NCBI GenBank assembly: GCA_964016885.1
Contig: OZ024747.1
Span: 87,668,001 to 87,732,000, forward strand
Reading direction: 5' to 3'
Origin: Eledone cirrhosa
Lineage: Eukaryota
Length of the DNA stretch: 64,000 bases
The translations under genes and the position numbers were made by a program. Of this stretch, positions 52,711-64,000 are shown one piece after another; the first letter of the stretch is position 1; every line of letters starts with the position of its first letter. Under the pieces are notes generated by a model that was given only the letters and a program-made list of their open reading frames with translations, was not told the DNA's origin and did not search any database.

Positions 52711-52752
52711 ACAGTTCTGATGATGGAAAATGACCCAGAACATGTTGGCTGT
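52711..52752 (+). ncRNA. Degenerate minimal hammerhead-like relic in a Penelope-like pseudo-LTR context
   Basis: ACAGTT-CTGATGA-TGG aaaatgac CCA-GAA-CATGTT-GGCTGT; one A of GAAA is missing. Confidence 0.4.
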
Positions 52753-54019
52753 TCCTGGACAAACAGATGATAATAGTCATTAAAAGCAAATGAATCGAAT
52801 ATTATTATTATTATTCGATATAACCTACATTTACATTTATGTATCTATTTGTAAAAATGCAAATTCTAATTTTGTTTTTAACATGTAAGTGATTTTGTTA
52901 CAAAACATACAATATGAACAATATTTATCTCACTAAATTGCCGTTCAATAAAAAAGTCTGCATAACACAACAGATGGACGATCAAAAAGAAGCACAGTTC
53001 ACCATAGCTAGGAATAAACTTAGACAGATAGTGGAACAATATACTAGGAGACAGAACAGATCGGAGGTCCAACAACTTGGAGAAAACCTGCAGAAGTCCT
53101 ACATAGCCCCATGCAGTGCACAAGGGATGGCGAGATAGTGTGTCTACCAACAGACTTATTCAGCAGAATGTCAATAGACAGCATGCCAAACTAGATCAAG
53201 TCGGTGCAACCCCACTTCATCAACACAAGATCATAGTATACAATAAACATGTAAGTGGTTTTTATGATATTTGAAAATTGAAATACTTGAGAATATGCCT
53301 GAAAAAATTCTGAAGCTAATAATGATTATCAATACCATGATTATTTTAATTGTTTTCTATTCTGGTATGGTTGGACAAATCTGAATGAATTTGTAAATTC
53401 ACTGTGACATCAATTAGAAACTATCAGCAGTTTCATTTATTTACAAAAATATAAAGGAATAGAAATATTATTGATATTGTAGATATTGGATAAGTGAATA
53501 AAAAGGTTAATAGTAACTTACTTTGATTCCAGCTAGAACTATATTTTTAGCTGAAAAATAAAAGCAACAAAATTAAATTATATTATTATTAATAAGGAAA
53601 TTAATGATAATAATAATTAAAAGAATTATGATTGTTTCTAGCAGAGGCACAAATTAAGAGGAAGGAACAGTTGATTATATCGACCTCCAATGCTTGATAA
53701 GTACTTTAGTTTATCAAACCCAGAAAGATAAAAAGTGAAGTTTACTGACGTGGGATTTTTAACTCAGAATATAAAGATGCACAACTAAATAGAGCATGGC
53801 ATTTTCTCTATGGATTCTGTTAATCTACTTCACAATCACCCATGCCACCAACATTATTGATATTTGCCATCATCATTATTTTCATCTCCATTGTTTTTTT
53901 TTTATTTTTACAAGTATATTGCCATAAACCCCAATATTGAATCACTTTATTTGCATAGTTACATTACTTGCCCCTTCTCCCACTCATATCCGAGTATCTG
54001 TAGAAATATGTCAGAGAAT

Positions 54020-54460
54020 CTGAATATAGGATTTTTACTGGCCAGTGGAACATATGTAGCCAACAAAACTTCTTGTTAGTATGCATGTTGCAACATAGGA
54101 TAAGCAAAGTGAGGGGAAAACTTGGCATGAGAGGAATTGGATGTAGTGTGCAAGAGAGAAGATTGTGTTGGTATGGACAAGCAATGCACATAGAAGATAA
54201 CAACTGCATAAAGAAATGCAGAGAAACCACAGCTGTAGAAAGCTTGCCAAACAAAGGGTTGGAAGGACCCTTCAGTTGTGTCAAAAACATGACAACCTCT
54301 CCTTTATACATGATAGAACGTAAGACCATAAATAAGTGTGATGCTGATCCCTGGCCTGTCTGGGAGATCTGCAGCCCTGCTTCATTACTGACTTGGTCTA
54401 TGTAGACCCATCTAATCCTTGCTAGCAGGGAAAGCAAATGTTAAAATGATGATAATGATG
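54020..54460 (+). mobile_element. Decayed RTE 3' fragment
   Basis: VRGKLGMRGIGCSVQERRLCWYG..MHIEDNNCIKKCR and tail. Confidence 0.8.
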
Positions 54461-56249
54461 TAACTATCTCATCTTTAAATTTTCACAAGCCCACAACTAA
54501 TTTGTCTACCTAACTTGCTTTCTCACTGCACTTCCTCACAAGTCTCATACCGTCCATTTGTATCTTGATATATCAATATCAGTGCAAACTCTTGTATACT
54601 CCTACCAATCCCTACGATAGCAAGTCATTTTCTTCAACTCACTTTACACTCCCCCATATTCCATGCTGTAGAAATATGCCTTCATGAAACAGCTGCAATT
54701 AAGCTTAAACCAAAATAAATAGAAAGATAAAGTCATATTTAGTTTCTGTTTAAAAATTGTGCTTTAGTTTAAGAAGTAAAAAGAATGAATATGAACTTTC
54801 AGGCAAATAGTGAGATCTATTTCAAGTGATTGTGATTTCAATAAAAAAATCTTGAGGACATAGTCTGTCACACTAAGTGACTAACTTGGGATTAGAAAGA
54901 AGTTAAAACTATTATTAGTGATTGATATATTGCATAAAATAATCATGTTTATGTAAGAAAGCAAATGCTTTAACAAGAGACAGCTGACACAGTAGCTTTC
55001 AGTTATAACCAACAAGCATGCCAGACACCTTCCTTTACATGCAGTAAAATATACATCATCAGGATAGCTAAAATATTTTGCAAATTTTTACTTCTTCCTC
55101 GTGCAGCAAAACAGATAAGGTTCTTTATTCTATATTGGACAATATGAAATCTGAGAACTTTTCTATGAATAAAAAATACAGGCCAAGCAGATTGTTAGGA
55201 TATTAGAAATATTAGTGATATCAAAACATCATCATAAATATCATTGCCATCACTACTATTATTATTATCACCATCACTATAATCATTGCCAATGCCGATA
55301 TCATCATAGCTATCATCATTCCCAGCATAATCATTATCAATGCTTTATCAGGTTTATATCTATTTATACATGCTGGTAAGTAAGCTTAGTAGACTCACTG
55401 GGATGCTCCTGACAAAGACAATTTATGATCCATGTTTGATAGGTTCCCAGTTGGCATCATTCCATTTTCTCTTGGGGAAAAAGGAGTTGATAGGGCTGAT
55501 CACTCATTGATGGAGACTTTAGAACAGGAAAGGTCAAAAGGTCAATCAATTAACACTATTCACTGCACTGATGTAAGGACATAAAAAAATATATATTTAC
55601 CCTTATGTATCTTGTTGTTAGTATGGGTTAACAGAATGTGTAGAATAAAATTCATAGTATTTCCTCCAGTACAATTAAATATGAAGGCCATTGCTTATTA
55701 GCCCTCAGGTCAAGCCTCAATGAGCAAATGCTTTTTCAGCATTTATAGAATCTATGGTTTTCTGTAGCCTATTTCCACTCTCTCAAAAATTATTTGATGG
55801 TCACTAAGATTCTTACATGTTAAAGGGATATCATGCATAGGCATTCAGTTCTTGACTTTTCATATTTGACTCTGTGGTAGCCTACAATCCCTAAAGCCTA
55901 TACAATTACCTGATTCAATGTTATGCTACAATATCTACAGCCAAAACTACTATTTGATTTTGCATTATGCTACAATCACTACAGCCAAACATTATGGCCA
56001 ACTGTATTATTTGACTCTGTACTAGCCAACACTACTATATCAACAACCAACTCTACTATTTAACCCTACAATATGTTACAATCCCAACTACCAACACAAT
56101 TATTACTATGTCTAAAACAACTGCTTTTTTGCAACCAATATAACATGTAAACATGATATAATATGTAAACAGCGTGGCTCTCGGTTCCACCATTTCAGAA
56201 ACAGAAACTAGAAATTAACCTTTATGAAACAGACTATAAATAATAGATC

Positions 56250-56745
56250 ATCATCATCATCATCACCATCATCATATTCTTCTTCTTCTCTTCCTCCTTT
56301 GCCCACTAATTCCTGACAGGGTTAGGGAGTCCCGAAACACTCCTTCCAGCAGATCTTGTCAGAAGCAATCGTCTCCAACTAATTAGGCTGGATCCCCAAG
56401 TGAGACCAGCCAAGCTCATGGATGTTATCCAACCATCTTGCTAAGGGTCTCCTGCTGGTTGGTTTTGCCCATAAAATCTATCCAGTGATTCTTTCCAGAC
56501 ATTCTAACCATATACCCATAGTATCGGAGCTGTGATATCTCAATTCAGAGAAATAGTGGCTCTACCTGGAGTGACTCTCTGGTCTCCAAGCTATGCATTC
56601 TATTGAGTAATGTTACTCCAAAGACCCTTCAGAGGAACCTCATTTCAGCTGTTTGTATTTGTAATCGTATTCTTTTGGTCATTACCCAAGTTTCATGACC
56701 ATAGGTAAGGGTCGGCACAAATACCAAATTGGATGTAAAAGCCAA
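56250..56745 (-). mobile_element. RTE family-2 3' fragment with its own tail
   Basis: Reverse complement homologous to 4740-5130 (VFVPTLTYGHETWVMTKR, QTAEMRFL, RYYGY), ending in gaa/gat repeats. Confidence 0.8.
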
Positions 56746-57426
56746 ACTCTCTGTCTTCAATTCGGTGTTGATGCCAATAATAGATGGTGATAATAATAAT
56801 GGTTTCTGATTGAGAAAAAAGCTTTAATAATGAGGACAGGAAGAATAATGTAACTCAGTCTGCTTACCAATTTCAATTCCCAGACCACCAACACCATATA
56901 GTAGTACAGAAGCTTGTGCCATTCGTTTCATAGCTGTGTCACCCAGAACATATCTTTGTCGACTGAAAAAAAATTAAATACAATAATGTTGGTTAAAAGA
57001 TTAATTAAAAAAAGTGCATAAGATTTTATATTACTTTGTAGTAAAAGAGTTCCACATTATCATATACTCTTGTTTCCTAATTACAATTGTTTTTTTTTAG
57101 CATTTCCTTGTTGGAATTCAATAAATATATGATTATCATTTAAACCAGCTGTATCCAGCCAGAGTTCTCTTACCTCTTTCTGCTCAAACCAGCCATGATC
57201 GACCCTCATACTGACTTTAAGGTATTGTTCTCAAAATAAATAATATCAAAATCTATATTATGTGAGGTAAATCCTTTACCATGTATCCCAATAAAATGTT
57301 TACATGTAAAAATTCATAAGCTGGAGATTTTTGGGAATTATGTTCATCAAAACATAACTATAACAAAAAGGAATAACTTATCTAAAAGTATAGAAATGTC
57401 ACCTCAAATTTAAAATCTCTCTGAAT

Positions 57427-57644
57427 AAATATAAACAAGTTTATAGATGGAAAAATTATCTTTTAAATCATATTTATTTCCTTACACAAGTTTCAAGGAT
57501 ATTGTACATCCAATTATTTGAAATTCATTATGTGAAATATTTCATAACATTTCAAATAATTGGATATACAACTCCCTTGAAACGTGTAAAGAAATGAATA
57601 TGATTTAAAAGATAATTTTTTCATCTATAAACTTGTTTGTATTT
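57427..57644. repeat. Long fold-back inverted repeat (about 95-bp arms)
   Basis: aaacaagtttatagatg..aattatcttttaaatcatatt...tccaattatttgaaat pairs with atttcaaataattgga...aatatgatttaaaagataatt..catctataaacttgttt. Confidence 0.92.
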
Positions 57645-59936
57645 GCTCTGTGTTTATGCCTACACCTACAAATCTTTCTCACTAATAACTTCTCTCTCTT
57701 CAAATCTATATATTATATAAACACATTGAGCTAATTCTGAAAAGGTGTCGCAATTATATACTATCATATGTGGGATTTGAACTCTGAATGTCAAGACACA
57801 TAAATATTGCTAGGGAATTTGTCAATTCCTCTATTGATTCTGCTAGTCTACCATAATTATTATTATTATTATCTTTACTGTCACTAATGTATTTCCTATC
57901 CTATCAAAGGTCAATATATTTTCAATATAGCATGTTTCCACATGTCTAAATCCTGAGCTATCTTGCCTATGAAATTGTATATGTGTAACTAGTTTATCCC
58001 TTCCCAAGTCTAACTATACTGAAGTAACCTTCAACCATCCTGATTTCACCCAACAGGCTTCTTAGCAATGCAAACTCAATAATCTTTCTTGCATATATTA
58101 GCCAATACTTAATTGCATTCCATCTTGGTTATAAATTAATGACACATTCAATGAACCAAAATTAAATCATTCCTTTCCAGTCACTATAGATCCTGCATAT
58201 TTACATTTAAATGTATTCATATATTTCGATTGTTGAAACATATATAATGTAAGTAACCTGTCAATGGTATTTTACACAGAAAAGAAAATAGCATTTATAA
58301 ATAGTATGTTATGGTGACATGACATAAGACAGACAGACACTAGTAGCTGCTGTCACCTGAGTGGCAAAAATACACAAGTATGCAGATAACTGCACATATG
58401 CAAGTAATGGGCATTGAGTAGTGAAAGACAAGGCTTCAAATATTGGTTGTAGAGTTGTAATTTGTAGAATTTAGGGCACTATCAATAGTAATTCTGACTA
58501 CCCCTGAAGGATATGAACTGAATTCAAATTTTATCTTAGAACAGATCTGCTATTGGGAAAGAAGATAAATAAAAAATACATAAACCAAAAAATAAATTCC
58601 TTATAAATATGGAGATTCTTAGAAATGTCAGGGATGATTTAATATCCATAAGATGAAAGATGCACAGACAAGTTTGACATTTATGTGAGATAAGATAAAA
58701 CACAGGATGGAGTATTACTTCTTGAAAATGGATCAGAGATTTCACTTTTTAATAGTTTGTTTTAGTATCAGTTTTATAATTACAAGATAATGTAAGGGAT
58801 GATGATGATAATCTAGTTGAACTCTCCTGCCATGGTTACTAGAGCATTAACTTGAAACTATAAAAAGATCCCTAAAATTATTTTATATATTTTATTAGAC
58901 AAATTCTTTACAATCATAACCAGAAATACATAGAGCTAGAGATAGCTGTGTGTTTTATAAATATATGCAAGTACAAAGGCAAACACAATGGCAAGAAACA
59001 AAGTGGTATAGGAAGTAGGTGTGTGTGTGTGTGTGTGCGTGTGTGTGTGTGTATATATATAAAAACAATCAAACTTTCTTACAGCACCACTTCCAACTTA
59101 GCACAAATCGTCGCATCCTCAATCACTGTCAAACTCAACTCTAAAAGACCTCCAATCCACAGGTGTATACTCAAGGCAGGCCCATTCACTCAGACCATCC
59201 TCGCCACTCTCACCCACCTTTCAGCAAACTGGTTGGAAAGTAACACTTCCCTTTCCACCCTGATTTTCCTCTTCAAGTGAAACCTAAAAAGGTTAATCAG
59301 GGCTTTGCCAAAGAAGAAAGTGCTTGTATTTAACCCTTTCAAATGCATCCACGACACCAGTTCTTTTTTATTGACACAGGTGTGAACAAGTTGGTCATCA
59401 ATAATCAACAAAATGTATGTACCTGGTAAAGCTGTTGTAGCAACTGACCTGAATAATGATATTCAAACCCTCCCTACGGACTTGAGTTGCTCTACACTTT
59501 GGATTTTTATTTACTTATTACTATAATACTATATATATATATAAATAAATTATTAATTAAAGTATGTGTTAGTTTATCACCGACACTTTAGTATGCAGGG
59601 TAGGGCACTCCATATATATTCAGAAAGCACTGGAGTTTGAATTAATTGTACTGAAGCAGACTTACTGGTTGAAGTTAACCTATGAAGCATTTCATTGTGA
59701 CTCATAGATTCTGCATAGTACATATGCCATATATTTATTTTGGGGCATCACTTTATGATTTTTTAATATTATTTTTTAATGGCTTAGTCAAAGTAGGAAG
59801 GGCAGTGTCCATAACCCTTTTTCAATAGGTTTTGTTTGAGCCATTGATTTTGCAGATGGATGCTCTTCAGAATACTACTTACTATTCATTCAAGCATAAA
59901 GTCGGGGACTGAACAACACAAACAATTGTTTGGTTT

Positions 59937-60164
59937 TTAACCCTTTAGCATTTACATTACTCTCTATATACTATTGTATTTTCATGGTAAAGGCTTTATC
60001 TCACATAATTACCTCACATAATATCGAATCTATGTATGTTGATGTTATTTATTTTGAGAACAATAGCTTAACATCAGTATGAGCAGCTGGTTAAAGCAGG
60101 TTAGAACAGAAAGAGATGAGAGAATTCTGGCTGGATACAGCCTGTTTAAATCCTAAAGGGTTAA
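59937..60164. mobile_element. TTAA-flanked MITE, family A
   Basis: TTAA-ccctttagcattta...taaatcctaaaggg-TTAA. Confidence 0.82.
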
Positions 60165-60244
60165 TTATGCAGTGCAAAGAACAGAGGACATGCCCATTAC
60201 CTATGCATATCATCTAATGCTGTCAAACTTGACACCATTGATGT

Positions 60245-60503
60245 TTAATACTTTTGGTATCAAACCACCTGAAACTTCTCTTGGTTTCATGATACAAAAC
60301 TGCTTGTTTTAAAGTGTTTATATATATTTAAAACCCTTCCATCAGAATTTGTGTAAGAACCTTTGTTAAGCTATGTTCCAAACACCAGCTAAATAATGAG
60401 AACATTCTATTACTAAATCCCTCTAAATTGATGATTATTTTCAAAATGATTTGAAAATCATAGACAGTGTCTTTTATTAGAAATAAGATAATAAAATGGT
60501 TAA
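60245..60503. mobile_element. TTAA-flanked MITE, family B
   Basis: Homologous to 46246-46492. Confidence 0.7.
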
Positions 60504-60844
60504 CTCAAACCTCTATATATTCATACAAAGAAGGAAAATGTAAAAGTAAGCTTCAGAAGATCATTTCAAAGGAGGGTTTAAGAATTAAGGATAAGTGCCA
60601 AATACAAGGGTATAACAGGAAAGACACCAGCAGGATCCAATGTGGATGAAACAGAGATGACAACAGTAGGGTAATGGTTATATCAAAGGAGAAGAGGACC
60701 AAACATATTTGTATGTGTAACAGCTTTCCTACACTCTAAATATATACATAGAAATCGAAATTTAGGCCACAATTTGCTATGTTGAGGGTGAGCAGCCGTT
60801 CAGTATTGAAGTATTCTCTAGCTCTAAAGGTCAAAGCTCCATTG

Positions 60845-61135
60845 TTTCAGATGACAAGTGTTCCAGTTGATTCAATCAATGGAACAGTTTGCTTGTGAAA
60901 TTAATGTGTAAGTGGCTGAGCATTCCACAGACACATGTTCCCTTAATGTAGTGCTCAGTGTGATTCAGTATGATGCAGTGTGCGACAAGGCTTGCCCCTT
61001 GAATTACAGGTACAACCTATTTTTGCCTGTTGGATAGACTGGAGCAACATGAAATATAGTGTCTTGCTCAAAGATACAATGCATACCTCAGCCTGTGAAT
61101 TGAACTTATAAGCCCAGCACTCTAACCACTAAACC
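60845..61135 (-). mobile_element. Old tRNA/CORE-type SINE
   Basis: gtgtcttgctcaa core-like segment and reverse-complemented tRNA head (gaattgaac...tctaaccactaa). Confidence 0.55.
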
Positions 61136-61187
61136 CCTCACCTTCAGGGTGCTAAAAGTAAAAGCCTAGATTTTAAAGAGTAGTTTT

Positions 61188-62125
61188 AAACAGCCACAGG
61201 AAACAAGTACCACCAATCTCTGGGAGGGCCCTGTAGAAACAGTAGACAGCTTCTGCTACCTAGGTGACCGAATTAGCAACGGAGGTGGGTGCTCAGAAAG
61301 TACAATAACTAGGGTAAGAACGGGATGGAAGAAGTTTAGGGAACTACTACCACTGCTAGCTGCAAAAGGCTTCTCCCTCAGAATGAAAGGCAGACTGTAT
61401 GATGCGTGTATCCGAACAGCGATGTTGCATGGTAGTGAGACCTGGGCGCTGAAGGTGGAAGACCTACGTAGATTAGAGAGAAACGAAGCCTGCATGCTCC
61501 GATGGATGTGTAACAGTAATATACGTGAACGACAAAGCATAAATGAATTGAGAGAGAGACTGAGCATAAGAGGAATCAAATGCTGCGTGCAGGAGAGGCG
61601 GTTACGCTGGTATGGACATGTGATGCGTATGAAGGATGACAGCTGCATAAAAAGGTGCAGAGCACTAGAAGTTGATGGAAACCGCGGAGTGGGGAGACCC
61701 AAGATGACTTGGGATGAGGTGATAAAAGCCGACCTTACCCAACTACACCTCTCAAAGTCAATGACACACGACCGTGACTTCTGGCGTCACGCAGTAATAC
61801 AGGGTACCCGACCTCCCATGGGTACATGCTGAAGCATATAAACAATATGCCCCCCCCCCCCCCCACCGCAAGGTGGCCGTGGAGGTGCCACGGCAAAAAA
61901 GCACCCAGCCCACACTGTAAAGTGGACGTGTAGGCGCCACGAAAAAGCACCCAGCACTCACTGTAAATGAGGTTGGTGTTAGGAAGGGCATCCAGCTGTA
62001 GAAATCAAGCCAGATCAGTTCCTGTATGAGCAAGGCATGGTCAGCCGACCAGACACTGCCCACAACAGGACAACCCGTCTAACCCATGCTAGCGTTGAAG
62101 AACGGACGTAAAACGGTGATGATGA
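61188..62125 (+). mobile_element. 5'-truncated young copy of the RTE at 9760-13366
   Basis: Aligns to about 12421-13358 with roughly seven substitutions seen by eye; reading frame open to the same stop (61832). Confidence 0.96.
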
Positions 62126-62133
62126 GTTAGACC

Positions 62134-62318
62134 GTGAATTGGCAGTATCGGTAGAGGGTTGGATGCCATGCTTTCTAGCATAGTTACGTCCCTTTACGGT
62201 TTGAGTTCAAATCCCATCAAGGTTAACTTTGCCTTTTATCCTTACGGGGTCGATAAAATAAAGTACCAGTAATGCACTGGGTAATTGCTGGCCTTGTGCC
62301 AAAAGTAGAAACAATTAT
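62134..62318 (+). mobile_element. tRNA-derived SINE (main family) directly after the RTE tail
   Basis: Full body match. Confidence 0.88.
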
Positions 62319-62489
62319 TGAATATGCCCTTCCTTTGTAAAATAGACTGTGATTTGTAAACTATATATAGCAGGCCAATAAACTCCTCATGTATGAGATG
62401 AGAGAGAGGACAGGCTATAAGCAGACAAATCTGCAAAATTGTTCTCCCATCAAAGCATTATCTACTGTCAATGGCAATAATAATGTGAA

Positions 62490-62705
62490 TGTGGATTGGC
62501 AGTATTGGTAGAGGGTCGGACGCCATGCTTTGCAGCATAGAGTTACGGCCCTTTATGATCCGAGTTCAAATCCCGCCGAGGTTAACTTTGCCTTTCATCC
62601 TTATAGGGTCGATAAAATAAAGTACGTCGCGCACTGCGGTCGATTTAATTAACTTTCCTCCTCCTCCCAAATTGCTGGTCTTGTGACTGTATAAGAAACC
62701 ATTAT
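62490..62705 (+). mobile_element. tRNA-derived SINE (main family, long variant)
   Basis: Head and body match plus gtcgatttaattaactttcc insert. Confidence 0.85.
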
Positions 62706-64000
62706 TTTTTTTAAACAATGAATCTACATTCTCTAATGTGTCCTCCCTTTTTTATGACATTGGGTTGTGATTCGAGGGAGATTTGGTTGCTATTTAAAGC
62801 AGGTAAAGCAATGTCCTAGACATTCTCCTTGTTTAATTGTTGTGTGAAAGATAAAGAGAGACATGTTACAAATGCAGAAATTCTAGTATATTGGAAGTTA
62901 AGGTGTTCATCATATTAGTACAATAGTAATAGCATAATGGTATGGTTCCATAACTCCCCAAGGAGTCATTGGGGTGCCGTATTGACACACTTGTATGTGT
63001 TTCTTAGGCATTTAAAGCCTAGCAGAGCCCATCCCTCTCCAGGTCTAATAATATAAGCCATTATAACCAAAAACAACTAATCACTATTTTTTCCCCTCTA
63101 TTTACAACCATCTTTCTAAGCTTTTTTCTTAGTCAGATAAGTAAGGGCAGTGCTCATGACCTTTTTTCAATAGGCTTTGTTGAGCAATTGATTTTACAGA
63201 TTGATGTTCATCATATAACCATTCAAGTATAAAGTTGGGATGGAAAATATTTCCTGTTAATACCAGCTTAATAATGAGAAAGTTTGTTGTATTACTAAAC
63301 GAATTCAAAATTTTGATAGTTTTAAAAATAAGTTTCAAGTCATAATTAAACAAACTGAACATCCATCCATCCATCCACCTGCCCACTCACTCACCCAGTG
63401 TCAGCACCAAGAGCAAAGACTAAAATTGTAAATAACTACAGAGTTCAACTACACCTTAACACCTGGCGTCACAGTTATAGGAAAATGGGATAAAAATGGC
63501 TTTGTGATTATGAGATAGAGTATTATGAATATATAAGAAAGAGGCTGAACCAAAAAGAGAGAAATAAAGAAAGAGACAGTCAAACAGACAGAAAGTAGAA
63601 ATTTTATTAAATCCACACAACAAAAGACTGCACCTGGTTACTACTGATGACAGGGTCAAGTCACAGCTAAATGCTGAATCAGGTCACTACTAAAAGATTA
63701 AAAGATTATGGAAAAATAAGGGCAGATTGGGATCTAAGTTTTTTTGTTTTCTTTTTTCTTCAAATTAATTAAACACAAATGCAAAATCAGTAAAGCTTCT
63801 TATTCGTTCATTTTTTTTGTTTTTTTTTGCTAATTGTTTAAAAATTAGTTTGGTCTGCCAAGGGTGCATACTGTCACCTCCTGTTCATTATTTTCATGAA
63901 CAGGATTGACATGCTTAGCCCAGTTGGAAGTGGTATCAGAACTGGAAGGTATAGAATCAGTCGGGTGGAATTTGCAGACAACATGGTATTACTTAGCTCA

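Noticed and set aside
61170-62135. TSD for the truncated RTE copy
   Set aside because: Only a weak gagtag/gagttag resemblance; the 3' flank is obscured by an adjacent SINE

Overview
AT-rich eukaryotic genomic DNA dominated by repeats, read by eye without database searches. The repeat repertoire (RTE LINEs with (GAT)n tails, tRNA-derived SINEs, TTAA-flanked MITEs, very abundant (TA)n/(GT)n/(GA)n microsatellites) suggests a cephalopod, probably octopus; this is an inference. The only intact long ORF (9946-13065, 1039 aa) belongs to a probably full-length RTE-clade non-LTR retrotransposon with an AP-endonuclease and a reverse transcriptase. Unusually, a C4HC3 PHD-type zinc finger is inserted inside its RT domain. 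A near-identical 5'-truncated copy lies at about 61188-62125, and there are many older fragments. Also present: a processed eEF1-gamma pseudogene split by a tandem SINE pair; mariner, hAT and piggyBac-type DNA transposon remnants; an R4/Dong RT fragment; a 91-bp minisatellite built from an RTE 3' end; two long fold-back palindromes; and several minimal hammerhead-ribozyme-like motifs of the Penelope type. No host protein-coding gene, rRNA, true tRNA or CRISPR array could be supported. Boundaries of degenerate repeats are approximate.
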